This document shows, in pieces, positions 9,957 to 19,856 of a stretch of DNA of 64,000 nucleotides. The notes below the pieces were generated by a model that saw only the letters and a list, made by a program, of their open reading frames with translations, was not told where the DNA came from and made no database searches. The stretch's first letter is position 1; each line of letters begins with the position of its first letter. The stretch is from an uncultured Sutterella sp. Its GTDB lineage: Bacteria; Pseudomonadota; Gammaproteobacteria; Burkholderiales; Burkholderiaceae_F. Made by a program: the position numbers and the translations under genes. The stretch spans positions 49,640 through 113,639 of the forward strand of contig UQNA01000001.1 in assembly GCA_900542195.1 (NCBI GenBank). Reading direction: 5' to 3'.

Positions 9957-11396
9957 ATGACGAATTTCAGAACTGAAAGAGATTGCCTCGGTGAAATGCA
10001 GATCCCCGATAGCGACTACTACGGCATCCAGACGCACCGCATGGAAAAAGTTTCCGGCTGTGCAGGCCTCCCTGTCATTTTCTATCCCGACATGCATTAT
10101 GCGTTAGCTCAGATCAAGAAAGCTGCAGCCAAAGCAAACGGCCGTATTGGTGCAATGCCTCAAGAAGTTGCAGACGCAATCGCCCAGGCCTGTGACGAAG
10201 TTTTAACAGGAAAGTATAACGATCAATTCCCGCTTGATATGTGGCAAGGCGGCGGCTATACCTGCGTTAACATGAACGTTAATGAAGTTGTCGGCAACCG
10301 TGCAAACGAAATCCTTACAGGCGAAAAAGGCACATCCAAGGTTCACCCGAATACGCATGTGAACATGGGACAGTCCACAAATGACACCATTCCTTCTGCC
10401 ACACACCTTGGAATGATCGGCCGTGTAGACAAAATGATCTGCGAACTGAACAAGCTTGCAACATCCTTCAGAAACAAACAGGAAGAATTCAAAGATATCG
10501 TTAAAGTCGGCCGCACATGCTGGCAAGACGCGCTTCCTCTAACCCTCGGTCAAGAATTCGGCGGATTTGCATCCGTTACAGAACGCTTGGTTAGAAAACT
10601 CCAACATCTCCGTCCTGGTTGCTTCGAAATCGTTATGGGCGGAAGTGCTGTTGGGACAGGATTCAGCGCTGCACCAGGCTACAAAGAAGCTATCTATGAA
10701 GAGCTAACCAAACAATACGGTGAAAAAGTTTCTCCGATGGAAGATCTCTTCGACGGATTCCAAAATCCTGACTTTATTGTAGAAATGTCCGGTGCTGTCA
10801 AAGAAGTTGCCATGACCTTGTCTAAGATCTGCAAAGACTTACGTCTTATGAGCTCTGGGCCAAGATCCGGTTTCATGGAAATCCAACTACCGGCCCTTTC
10901 TCCTGGATCTTCCATTATGCCGGGTAAGATCAATCCGACAGTTCCGGAAATGGTTATTCAGATTTCTCACCAGGTTGTCGGCAATGATGTTGCTATAGCG
11001 ATGGCTTACGATGAAGGCGAACTTGACCTTAATGTTTGGGATGCGACATTCTACAAATGCTTATTCGAAAGCTTCCAATTAGTCAACTCTGAAATTGAAA
11101 TCTTGCGTGTTCATTGTGTAGACGGTATTAAAGCCAACGCTGCAAGATGCGCCCAAGAAGCTAACTCTTCTATCGCCCTATCAACCGTTGTTGCTACGGC
11201 TTTGGGCTATCCGATGGGCGTAAAAGTTGCTCACTATTGTGAAGCTAACAATAAGACAGTTAAGGAAGCCGTTATTGAAATGGGTCTGATGACTGAAGAA
11301 GAAGCGCAGAAGTTGGTTGATCCAATGCTGATGACAAATCCTCATGCAATGGCACCCGTCGTTGACGCCTTCAAGAAAGAAAAGCATGCTATTTAA
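9957..11396 (+). CDS. aspA: Aspartate ammonia-lyase, paralog 2, intact
   Basis: GGAGAA RBS; TNFRTERDCLGEMQIPD, QGGGYTCVNMN, HPNTHVNMGQSTND, GSSIMPGKINP all present. My by-eye estimate is about 65-70% identity to paralog 1. Confidence 0.85.
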   Translation: MTNFRTERDCLGEMQIPDSDYYGIQTHRMEKVSGCAGLPVIFYPDMHYALAQIKKAAAKANGRIGAMPQEVADAIAQACDEVLTGKYNDQFPLDMWQGGGYTCVNMNVNEVVGNRANEILTGEKGTSKVHPNTHVNMGQSTNDTIPSATHLGMIGRVDKMICELNKLATSFRNKQEEFKDIVKVGRTCWQDALPLTLGQEFGGFASVTERLVRKLQHLRPGCFEIVMGGSAVGTGFSAAPGYKEAIYEELTKQYGEKVSPMEDLFDGFQNPDFIVEMSGAVKEVAMTLSKICKDLRLMSSGPRSGFMEIQLPALSPGSSIMPGKINPTVPEMVIQISHQVVGNDVAIAMAYDEGELDLNVWDATFYKCLFESFQLVNSEIEILRVHCVDGIKANAARCAQEANSSIALSTVVATALGYPMGVKVAHYCEANNKTVKEAVIEMGLMTEEEAQKLVDPMLMTNPHAMAPVVDAFKKEKHAI

Positions 11397-11450
11397 TTTT
11401 TAGGAAAACTCCTTTCTTCCTGTTTTTTATGCCAGCTTTTTGAAATCCAT

Positions 11451-11498
11451 AAAAAAGCTCAAGCCTCGGTCCTGAAGCCTGAGGCTCTTTTTTTTTCT
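11451..11498. terminator. Bidirectional hairpin plus T9 terminator between aspA paralog 2 and the convergent LysR gene
   Basis: agcctc...gaggct stem followed by T9 on the + strand and an A/T run on the - strand. Confidence 0.5.
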
Positions 11499-11503
11499 TT
11501 GTC

Positions 11504-12484
11504 TCACTCTGCAAATAAATACTCGCTTGAAATCCAAGGAATTATCGGACAAAGTTCGGCTTTAATCTTCTCTTGCATAAGATAGATAAGAAGGTTCTTC
11601 ACGGTCCCCAACAATTCTTTGTCAAAACTATTTCTAGAGACTAAAAAGACTTTCCTCCGTGATATCGGAGAGGGTGCTTTTACTATGGTTACCTCTTCCA
11701 AACCAACCAATGACGAAACAGCATAGGGCTGAACGAGTCCCCAACCCAAACCGGCCTTTACGAATTTCAAGATCATATTGGTATCCTCCACTTTATAGCG
11801 CGTGGAGAACCGAAGAGAGAGACGATCAAAAAACGTTGAGATTATTCTGTTGTTTGCAGTATTTTTCCCATACTGAACGAACGGGAGTTCCAGTTTGCTT
11901 AACACTTGCCAAGTTAGAGGAGAAGGAACTTCAAAGCCTCTAGGGAAAATAAGTACCCATGGCTCTTCAAATAAAAAATCCCAGGCAAGAGAATCGTCAG
12001 AAAGTACTGGAGAGGAAAGAACCCCGAGTTCTATCTCACGGTTAAGGAGGGCGAAGAAAAGACGATCCGAGGGACCGGTTTTGATTTCCAACTCATTGAT
12101 GTCCTGAGACAACCCCTTGGCCACATCCGCACCTATGAAAGAACCTACAGATTCCAACATTCCAAGTTTCAAAAAAGGTTTTGTCTGACCTTTGTTTTTT
12201 AGCTGATGTAAAAGGGCACCTAACTCTTGTGTACCTTTTTCTAAACCAGCAAGTAATAGCCTTCCTTCATGCGTCAGTCGTAACGGACGAGCGTCTCTTT
12301 CAAAAAGTCTGAAGCCCAGTTTCGTTTCAAAGCTTTTAATCGACTGAGAAATTGACGACTGAGAGACATGAAGACGCTGTGCAGTGGAAGAAAAAGAGTG
12401 AGAGCTTGCCGCTTCAAGAAAAATCGCAGCATTCCTTGTTAAAAGAGAATCCTCTAAGAGCGAATCGTTTTCCATAGCCATCAT
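11504..12484 (-). CDS. LysR-family transcriptional regulator, divergent from the ureohydrolase gene
   Basis: HTH AAIFLEAASSHSFSSTAQRLHVSQSSISQSIKSFE; LysR effector domain. Confidence 0.85.
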   Translation of the reverse strand: MMAMENDSLLEDSLLTRNAAIFLEAASSHSFSSTAQRLHVSQSSISQSIKSFETKLGFRLFERDARPLRLTHEGRLLLAGLEKGTQELGALLHQLKNKGQTKPFLKLGMLESVGSFIGADVAKGLSQDINELEIKTGPSDRLFFALLNREIELGVLSSPVLSDDSLAWDFLFEEPWVLIFPRGFEVPSPLTWQVLSKLELPFVQYGKNTANNRIISTFFDRLSLRFSTRYKVEDTNMILKFVKAGLGWGLVQPYAVSSLVGLEEVTIVKAPSPISRRKVFLVSRNSFDKELLGTVKNLLIYLMQEKIKAELCPIIPWISSEYLFAE

Positions 12485-12588
12485 AAGTAAACGCTAATAC
12501 TATTAATTAAATTAATCACTTCTAATTCACAAATTCATTATAAATAACTAAACTTTTTTCATAATCCTCATTTTTCAAGGAACTAAGA

Positions 12589-13551
12589 ATGCCGAAAGTA
12601 ATTCACAATCTTCCTATTACTGGCATTGCCAGCTTTGCTAAATATCCCATCTGTACCGATCTTGACCAAATCGACGACGCCGACATGGTTGTCATGGGAA
12701 TTCCTTACGACATGGGTGCTCCTTACCTGAGCGGTGCTAAGTTCGGGCCAAGAAGAATCCGTGAAGTATCTTGTCATTACGGCCGTGGTCCCGCAGGTTT
12801 CTGGGATCCGGAAAGAATGGAGCAATATTTAGAAGCACCGGTCAAAGTAGTTGATGCCGGAGACGTTGATATGGATCCGATGGATTTCCACAAGAGCTTT
12901 GAAAACGTCACAGAAGCTGTCAGGAAGATCGTTTCTAAAGGTGCAATTCCTGTCATGATGGGCGGAGACCACTCTGTTACCATCCCTCAAGCCATGGCAA
13001 TGGACATGTACGATGACATTTGCATCGTGCAATTTGATGCGCACTTGGACTTCGGAAAAAGAACTTGGACGAACGGAAGTCCAATGAGAATGATTTCCGA
13101 GATGCCACATTTCACAAAGATGTGCCAAATCGGCATGAGAGGTCTAGGCAGCAATACCCGTGAAGACTTTCAAGCCGCTTATGCCTATGGTTCTGTTGTT
13201 ATTCCTTCTCGTAAAGCATTAGAACTCGGAGCACAGGAAGTCATCAAGATGATTCCGGAAGCCAAGAATTATTTTGTGACCATTGACATTGACGGATACG
13301 ACATGAGCACCGCCCCTGGTGTTGGCTCTCCTTCTCCAGGAGGCTTGAACTACAACTTTGTCACCGATGTTCTTGAAGGCATCGCCAAGAAAGGCAACGT
13401 TATCGGCTTTGACTTAGTTGAAGTTGCTCCTCAATATGATCCGACAGGCATCACTCCAAGACTGGGAGCTATGACCATGTTGGCTTTCATGGGCTTCATC
13501 ATGAAAGAAAGAGAAAAGAAAGGCTTACTGAAAAACAAAAAAGCTGAATAA
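12589..13551 (+). CDS. Arginase/agmatinase/formiminoglutamase-family ureohydrolase (binuclear Mn)
   Basis: All family motifs present: GGDHSVT, FDAHLDF, TIDIDGYD...SPSPGG. The substrate cannot be assigned from sequence. Confidence 0.8.
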   Translation: MPKVIHNLPITGIASFAKYPICTDLDQIDDADMVVMGIPYDMGAPYLSGAKFGPRRIREVSCHYGRGPAGFWDPERMEQYLEAPVKVVDAGDVDMDPMDFHKSFENVTEAVRKIVSKGAIPVMMGGDHSVTIPQAMAMDMYDDICIVQFDAHLDFGKRTWTNGSPMRMISEMPHFTKMCQIGMRGLGSNTREDFQAAYAYGSVVIPSRKALELGAQEVIKMIPEAKNYFVTIDIDGYDMSTAPGVGSPSPGGLNYNFVTDVLEGIAKKGNVIGFDLVEVAPQYDPTGITPRLGAMTMLAFMGFIMKEREKKGLLKNKKAE

Positions 13552-13573
13552 CTTTTCTTCTTAACAAGAGCAC

Positions 13574-13605
13574 AGAGCGGTTGAAAGCCGCTCTTTTCTT
13601 TTTTA
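13574..13605 (+). terminator. Rho-independent terminator
   Basis: agagcgg-ttgaaag-ccgctct followed by a T-run. Confidence 0.55.
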
Positions 13606-13701
13606 GGAGTTCTCCTAGGAAAAGTCTTCTCTAGACAAAGAGAACCATTCCATTATCATGGAAAGAACAACTAGAAAAAACGATAATCCTAAGGAACAAG
13701 C

Positions 13702-14133
13702 ATGAACTTAACTTATCTTTGGCTCATCTGTGCCATATCCTTGGCATGCGCTGATTTGCTTCTCGGAACGGCTTATCTTCTTATCCTCGGCATCGCAGCC
13801 GCTCTGGCTTTTCTGGTTTCTCTTTTTACAGACTCTTTCACAGCTCAAGCTTGGGGATTTGTTCTATTTTCAGTCATCGGTGTACTTTTCTACAGCCTCC
13901 GGAGGAAGAGCTCATTAAAGCAGACAATCAATTCCGAAAAGCTTCAGAATATTAATGAAGGACAGCTTGTAGAAGTCCATTATTGGGATAAGTACGGCAG
14001 AACTAAAGTCTTTTACCGAGGGTCTCACTGGGAAGCCGTCCCTCTCAAAGGGAACCTTCCAACTCCGGGCGTATGGGAAATAATCGGCATGACCGGAAAC
14101 ACACTAATCATCAAATTTATCAATAACAAATAA
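13702..14133 (+). CDS. NfeD-family membrane protein (short form), partner of the stomatin-like protein
   Basis: Two N-terminal TM helices plus a C-terminal OB-like domain; immediately upstream of an SPFH gene, as in the ybbJ-qmcA pair. Confidence 0.65.
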   Translation: MNLTYLWLICAISLACADLLLGTAYLLILGIAAALAFLVSLFTDSFTAQAWGFVLFSVIGVLFYSLRRKSSLKQTINSEKLQNINEGQLVEVHYWDKYGRTKVFYRGSHWEAVPLKGNLPTPGVWEIIGMTGNTLIIKFINNK

Positions 14134-14144
14134 GGAGAACTTGA

Positions 14145-15092
14145 ATGGAAGCAGAAAATGTTGTGTTATTGGAGTGGGGGGCTCTCATTCCGGTTTTAAT
14201 TATCTTTGCCGTCATTTTTATCTACAAATCCGTGAAGGTAGTTCCCCAACAAGATGCTTGGGTCGTAGAACGCTTTGGAAAATTTAATGCCGTTTTGCAA
14301 CCGGGTCTGAATTTCATCATCCCTTTAATTGACAAAATCGCTTACCGTCACTCCCTTAAAGAAATTCCTTTAGATACCTCGAGCCAAATCTGCATTACCA
14401 AAGACAACACTCAACTTCAAGTCGATGGAGTGCTCTATTTTCAAGTCACAAACCCTGAGCTGGCCAGCTATGGAACATCAGACTATGTGATGGCGATTAC
14501 CCAGCTAGCTCAAACTTCTTTAAGAAGTGTTATTGGAACCATGTCTTTGGATAAGACATTTGAAGAACGTGATGAAATTAACGCGCGAGTCGTACAGGCA
14601 GTAGATGAAGCAGCTCAAACGTGGGGCGTTAAAGTCTTAAGATATGAAATCAAAGACCTAACACCGCCAAAAGAAATTCTTAGAGCCATGCAGCTTCAGA
14701 TTACCGCTGAAAGGGAAAAACGTGCGGTCGTAGCGGCATCAGAAGGCCAAAAACAAAAGGAAATCAATATTGCGGAAGGCAATCGTGCCGCTTTAATCGC
14801 ACAATCGGAAGGTGAAATGCAAGCTGCAATTAATAAAGCGGAAGGAGAGGCCAGAGCCATCGAAGCAGTTGCCAAAGCACAAGCTGAAGCCATCCGTGTA
14901 GTGGCCGACTCAATTGCCCAGCCAAGCGGCATAGCTGCCGTTAACCTTCAAGTAGCGGAAAAATACGTAGAAGCCTTTGGAAATGTCGCTAAAACCAACA
15001 ATACCATGCTTCTGCCTGCTAACTTTGCCGACATGGGCTCAATGATTGCCACTGCCATGACTATCGTCAAAGAAACCAAAGCTCAACAGTAA
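14145..15092 (+). CDS. SPFH/band-7 (stomatin/prohibitin-like) protein
   Basis: N-terminal TM helix, an SPFH core (VVPQQDAWVVERFGKFNAVLQPGLNFIIPLID...), and an Ala/Glu-rich coiled-coil tail. Confidence 0.85.
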   Translation: MEAENVVLLEWGALIPVLIIFAVIFIYKSVKVVPQQDAWVVERFGKFNAVLQPGLNFIIPLIDKIAYRHSLKEIPLDTSSQICITKDNTQLQVDGVLYFQVTNPELASYGTSDYVMAITQLAQTSLRSVIGTMSLDKTFEERDEINARVVQAVDEAAQTWGVKVLRYEIKDLTPPKEILRAMQLQITAEREKRAVVAASEGQKQKEINIAEGNRAALIAQSEGEMQAAINKAEGEARAIEAVAKAQAEAIRVVADSIAQPSGIAAVNLQVAEKYVEAFGNVAKTNNTMLLPANFADMGSMIATAMTIVKETKAQQ

Positions 15093-15106
15093 TTTCTTCC
15101 TTCCTT

Positions 15107-15150
15107 GGATGAGAGAAGTTTTAAGACCAACTTCTCCATCCAATTTTTCT
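15107..15150. terminator. Bidirectional terminator hairpin
   Basis: ggatgagagaagtt / aacttctccatcc stem (one mismatch) plus a T-run; convergent genes on both sides. Confidence 0.5.
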
Positions 15151-15151
15151 T

Positions 15152-16132
15152 CTAAATTTCCGTTGGCAATTCGTGGACAATCTCGTTTTTATCTTTCTCT
15201 TCCAGAGCACTGAAAAGTTTTAATGCGTAAACAACTCCGCCGACAAGGCAGGCCATTCCAACCACAAGAGAGACCGGAGGAAGCTTCCACTCATAGACAT
15301 GGGCCCATACCACAGAAAAAATAGTTTCGAAAACCAGCATCTGACCAACGAGAGCTGTCGGAACTCTTTGGCTCATAGCATTCCAGAGTGCCGTTGCTAC
15401 AAAAGAACACATAACACCGGCAAAAAGACTCCATCCTACGAAGTCAACCGGCTGAGGGCCTAAGAACTGCGGCATATCAGCCTTCAGATACCATACCAGT
15501 ACATATAAAACCAACCCGAAAGGAAGAAGAAGACTGCACTGCATGCTTGTGAAAAACACCGGACTAACTTTCGGATGTTCTAACAGCCAATCCGCATTTT
15601 TGATAGGGTACCAAGTCCAAGCAACCGTGGATGCAATTGCAAAAGCGGTTCCGATAGCAAAATTCACCGCGCTATTTCCTGAAGAAAAGGACTCGACTAG
15701 GCCGTTATAGTTAGAAAAGGCCAATCCGAGAAGAATCAAGCCGAGCGGGAAAACCAGCTGAGAATTAGGCAGGTAACGTTTGCCTTTTTTCCGGTCTCTT
15801 TCGTTAGCAATAATAGCGACCAGCACAGGGATTAAGCCAAAGAAAGTTGCTGCAAGAGGTACACCTGCATACTGAATCGCTGTAAACAGGAACCACGGCT
15901 GAATAAGGTTGCCAATCATTGTCAGCACAAAAGCGAACTTCCAATCTTTGAAACTGATCTTAGAAAGGTACGTCTTTTGGATCCAAAGTCCGAGCAACGC
16001 AGTCAACCCCATTACTATGGCTCTTGCAATGGAAATATATAAAGTGTCATAGCCCGGAAGGACAATCGGGAGCAAGTAAGTAAGGCCCCACAGAGCACAA
16101 GCAAGGAGGCCAAATCCAACACCTAACAGCAT
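15152..16132 (-). CDS. Polytopic inner-membrane permease (EamA/DMT-like, about 10 TM helices)
   Basis: Hydrophobicity pattern and duplicated 5-TM halves; no assignable substrate. Confidence 0.55.
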   Translation of the reverse strand: MLLGVGFGLLACALWGLTYLLPIVLPGYDTLYISIARAIVMGLTALLGLWIQKTYLSKISFKDWKFAFVLTMIGNLIQPWFLFTAIQYAGVPLAATFFGLIPVLVAIIANERDRKKGKRYLPNSQLVFPLGLILLGLAFSNYNGLVESFSSGNSAVNFAIGTAFAIASTVAWTWYPIKNADWLLEHPKVSPVFFTSMQCSLLLPFGLVLYVLVWYLKADMPQFLGPQPVDFVGWSLFAGVMCSFVATALWNAMSQRVPTALVGQMLVFETIFSVVWAHVYEWKLPPVSLVVGMACLVGGVVYALKLFSALEEKDKNEIVHELPTEI

Positions 16133-16237
16133 TTTTTATATTCTCCGAAGGAGATACCACTGTACTATTGTTCAGCTGCTTAGGTGTCCCTTATTTAAAA
16201 ATTTAAGGAAGTTCAATAAATAATTTTTATGCTTTGG

Positions 16238-17047
16238 CTACTTGAAGGACTGTTTTAAGAACTCTGCTAGTCTGCCTCGGAAAGGTGAATTATTGTCTGA
16301 AAAAACTCCAAGGTAACTCTTTCCCAGGACGTCCCAAACTTCAGCTTGTTCAGGCAGCACTGCCGATAGCAGCGCCTGCTCCGTTTTTCTAACGAAGTCA
16401 TCTTTCTGAGGTTTAACAACCACTAACGGACATTGAATCGTTGGAAGTACTTCCATCGGCTCCAATGCGTCGGATTTAAGTAATTTAGAAATCACATCCC
16501 CAACAACGGGCCCGTACCTCTCTTTGAGCCAACCTTTTCTGGTCGCATAGATAGACTCAACAACCAACGCTTTCACTTCGCTTGGATGAGCGGCGGCAAA
16601 ACGAAGGGCGGCATCTGCGCCTACGCCTTGGCCCAGAACAGCCAAACGATTCATGCAGTATTTTTCTAGATTTCCCGGAACCTCATTTATGGCTTTCCAA
16701 GCAGTTTCCCCGTCTGTGGCAATACCGGCAAGAGTCGTTGAACCTTGACTATGGCCGATACCGCGATAATCAAAGAGACCTACGGCATATCCTTCCAATG
16801 CCAAATAAGCGACTTGCTGCAAGTTGTAGGACATGTTGAATTGCCCCGAATGGAAAAAGAGAACAAAACCTCTGCAAGACTGCCCTTTAGATAACCTTGG
16901 CTGGAGAACTTGATAGCAAACCGACTCTTTATCTGAAATGGATGCCTCACCATACTCAGCTGTTAAACCGTAATGCTGAGCGCTCCAATAAGGGAGCGAT
17001 GTTCCTCGGAAAAACATGCTCTCAGTCATATCAGATAAAAAACTCAT
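16238..17047 (-). CDS. Alpha/beta-hydrolase fold protein
   Basis: Nucleophile-elbow motif GIGHSQG; typical alpha/beta hydrolase length and pattern. Confidence 0.65.
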   Translation of the reverse strand: MSFLSDMTESMFFRGTSLPYWSAQHYGLTAEYGEASISDKESVCYQVLQPRLSKGQSCRGFVLFFHSGQFNMSYNLQQVAYLALEGYAVGLFDYRGIGHSQGSTTLAGIATDGETAWKAINEVPGNLEKYCMNRLAVLGQGVGADAALRFAAAHPSEVKALVVESIYATRKGWLKERYGPVVGDVISKLLKSDALEPMEVLPTIQCPLVVVKPQKDDFVRKTEQALLSAVLPEQAEVWDVLGKSYLGVFSDNNSPFRGRLAEFLKQSFK

Positions 17048-17320
17048 TCTCTTCTCCGATGAGGAAATTTTTGGGAAAGTCTTTTCAGTTTAATCTTTTG
17101 GCTTACAAATGTGCCTAAGGTATATCCATGACCTTTGGTTCTTTAACCGAGGTAGCAGCACTTCCTCGGCCTCTCAAAAATGAACTATATGTTTAGACTC
17201 TTTGTAGTCTGTTTTTATTATGAAGTATAGTTATAGTTAGTAGTCTTTTTAATTCTAAAAAGAAAACCTTTCGTACTTAAGTTTAAAGTTTAGAAAACAA
17301 ACTATCTTAGGTTCAACGTC

Positions 17321-18754
17321 ATGCGATTAGAGAAAGATTCTTTAGGAACGCTTGAGGTTCCTGACAACGCTTATTACGGCATTCAAACTGTCAGATGCGC
17401 AGCCAATCACAACGTCACCAATCACACTTTCTGCGAACTTCCACGAATCCAGAGAGCCCTTGCAGAGATAAAGAAAGCTTGTGCAATAACTAATCAACAA
17501 ATTGGTGCCTTAGAGAAAGCTAAGGCGGAAGTCATCGTTCAAGCTTGTGATGAAATTATTGCCGGTAAATTCCAAGATCAGTTTCCAATCAATGTTTGGC
17601 GCTCACACGGAACAGGGGCCAACATGAATGTCAATGAAATCATTGCTAATAGAGCCAATGAAATATTGACTGGCCACAAGGGCTATGAAGAAGTCCATCC
17701 CAACACTCATGTGAATATGTGTCAGTCCTCCAACGATGTCTATCCGACCGTACAGTCCATTGTTCTATACAGACAGATTGGCGAGGCCCTAGAATCCGTC
17801 CAGCTGTTGGAAGACGCGTTAGGTCACAAAGCTAAAGAATTCAAAAACATCGTAAGGCTCGGTCGGACCTGTTTACAAGATGCCGTACCCAATACTTTCG
17901 GTCAAGTTTTTGGCGGTTGGCAGCACATGATTCATCGCTTGAAGAACAGACTTGCTGACTATCGCGATGAGTACACGAGTGTAGTTTTAGGCGCAACAGT
18001 CCTCGGTACAGGAATGGGCCAAATGCCCGGCTATTCCGAACATATTATGGACAACCTCTCCCAGGTATTAGGTTGGAAAGTTCAGTGGCCTTCATGGGAC
18101 GAGGAAGTCATTCAGGACAGTGCGGCTTTTGACGGTATGCAAAACTGTGACCATTCACTTGTCCTCGCAGGTCTGTTGAAAGCTCTTTGCTGTGCGGCAG
18201 GAAGAATTTCTAAAGATCTCTGTATCCTTTCATCAGGTCCGAAACACGGTTTCGGAGAAATCAATCTTCCCCAAAAAGCAGACGAGGATTATTCCTCGGT
18301 GCCTCAGCTCATGTTCGAAATTATGCAGCAGTCCATTATTACCGATCAGGCTGCTACTTTAACAGTCAATGAAAATGACAGTGATGAAGCCATCACAGAC
18401 AGTCCAAGCTTCATGGGTCTAATGGAAACATTGGACAACATTACGGAGGGCTTCAAAATCTTCGCAGAAGATTGTATTTCCGGCATCACAGTAAATGAAG
18501 AAAAAGTAAATACGAATGCAGAAATGTCAACATCTTTGGCCACGATGGTCAGCGCATTGTTCGGATATCAGGTCGGTACCAGAATTGCTCATCGTGCTTG
18601 GAATGAAGGCATCTCTTGTCGAGAGGCTGCTTTGGAAGAAAATCTTCTGACTCAAGAGCAAGCAAACGATCTATTCGATATTCAAAAACTGACCGACAGA
18701 GAGGCGTTAGTACAGATGTTTGCCAAATACGGCCCCTTGAGAAACATTAAGTAA
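17321..18754 (+). CDS. Fumarase/aspartase-superfamily paralog 3: full length but with a degenerate catalytic SS-loop
   Basis: Retains region 1 (GTGANMNVNE) and region 2 (HPNTHVNMCQSSND). Where the GSSxMPxKxN signature should be, it reads INLPQKADEDYSSVPQLMFEIMQ, so the catalytic Lys and Asn are absent. Confidence 0.8.
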   Translation: MRLEKDSLGTLEVPDNAYYGIQTVRCAANHNVTNHTFCELPRIQRALAEIKKACAITNQQIGALEKAKAEVIVQACDEIIAGKFQDQFPINVWRSHGTGANMNVNEIIANRANEILTGHKGYEEVHPNTHVNMCQSSNDVYPTVQSIVLYRQIGEALESVQLLEDALGHKAKEFKNIVRLGRTCLQDAVPNTFGQVFGGWQHMIHRLKNRLADYRDEYTSVVLGATVLGTGMGQMPGYSEHIMDNLSQVLGWKVQWPSWDEEVIQDSAAFDGMQNCDHSLVLAGLLKALCCAAGRISKDLCILSSGPKHGFGEINLPQKADEDYSSVPQLMFEIMQQSIITDQAATLTVNENDSDEAITDSPSFMGLMETLDNITEGFKIFAEDCISGITVNEEKVNTNAEMSTSLATMVSALFGYQVGTRIAHRAWNEGISCREAALEENLLTQEQANDLFDIQKLTDREALVQMFAKYGPLRNIK

Positions 18755-18767
18755 GTTGAGGCACAAA

Positions 18768-19841
18768 ATGAAAAACCTTACCAGCTCAATTACATGGTCC
18801 GCTTACCCTGAATATCCTCGTGCCATACTCTCCATCCTTCAGGTAATTGGAACCGCAAAATCCAAAATCGGACTCGTTTCTGAAGACACCTCTCGAGCAA
18901 TTGAAGAAGCTATTCAAGAGGTTATGCAGAATTCATTTGATTGGAAGATCTTAGGAGTTTCTGATCTTTCTTTGACAAAGAAAATCCTTGAAGACGTCAT
19001 ATCCAAAATTCCGGAAAATTTACAGCATGAGGCCAGAGAGGCCTTAACTGCGGGATATTCTCCCTATGCGCTTTTCTTAACTGCCAAAGAGTATGTCATT
19101 CTTCGAGAACTTCGGCTTTTGCTTGACTCAACAACCAATCTAAAAAAGACGCTTTTACAAAAAGCCGAAGTCTTTTCCGGAGAATGCACATGTGCCAGAG
19201 ACCACTTGAGGGATGCAGATGAAATTAATTTCTCCAGCGTATTCGAGGTATTCGAGCAAGGTATTTCCGAACAAGCCGAACTTATTGGCTGCTCACTTAG
19301 CCGCTGGAATATTAATTATTTAACCTCTTACAGACCTGGTTTAGAGGAGGCTCCGACAAACATATCGGGATTCCAACCGGCTCTGGGACAAGAACTGGAA
19401 AAACAGTTTGATCTTAAATTAGACAATCTGCCGGGACACTTAGATTTCTTGAACTTTGGAGTAAAACTGCTTAACTCGCACGCTCTGCTGCAAGGCCTCT
19501 CCACGCAGGTTTGGAGAATTGCAAACGACCTCAGAATTCGAGCTTCCGGTCCTAGAGGCGGCTTGAGTGAAATAACACTTCCGGCAGTTGCCCCCGGTTC
19601 TTCCATCATGCCGGGAAAGCTGAATCCGGTTATTGCAGAAATGATTTACGGAACATGTGATCAAGTGGATGCAGATCACGCCGGCATCAGCATGTCTCTC
19701 AAATCAGGATGGCTAGAGACAGCTTCTACCTCCTCTCTCTCTCTAAAAGCTTACCTTCAAAGCGTTGAACTATTAAGGCGTTCCATTGACTGCTTTACCA
19801 ACCTATGCATTAGCAGCGTGGAAATTAACAAAAAGGCTTAG
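18768..19841 (+). CDS. Fumarase/aspartase-superfamily paralog 4: diverged and C-terminally truncated, retains the SS-loop signature but lacks the region 1 and region 2 motifs
   Basis: ASGPRGGLSEITLPAVAPGSSIMPGKLNPVIAE is present, but there is no VNMN or QSxND motif. GAGG RBS; the ATG lies 13 nt after the paralog-3 stop (the track uses a TTG at 18756). The protein ends about 35 aa after the SS loop. Confidence 0.7.
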   Translation: MKNLTSSITWSAYPEYPRAILSILQVIGTAKSKIGLVSEDTSRAIEEAIQEVMQNSFDWKILGVSDLSLTKKILEDVISKIPENLQHEAREALTAGYSPYALFLTAKEYVILRELRLLLDSTTNLKKTLLQKAEVFSGECTCARDHLRDADEINFSSVFEVFEQGISEQAELIGCSLSRWNINYLTSYRPGLEEAPTNISGFQPALGQELEKQFDLKLDNLPGHLDFLNFGVKLLNSHALLQGLSTQVWRIANDLRIRASGPRGGLSEITLPAVAPGSSIMPGKLNPVIAEMIYGTCDQVDADHAGISMSLKSGWLETASTSSLSLKAYLQSVELLRRSIDCFTNLCISSVEINKKA

Positions 19842-19856
19842 TTTTCAGAGGTCACA

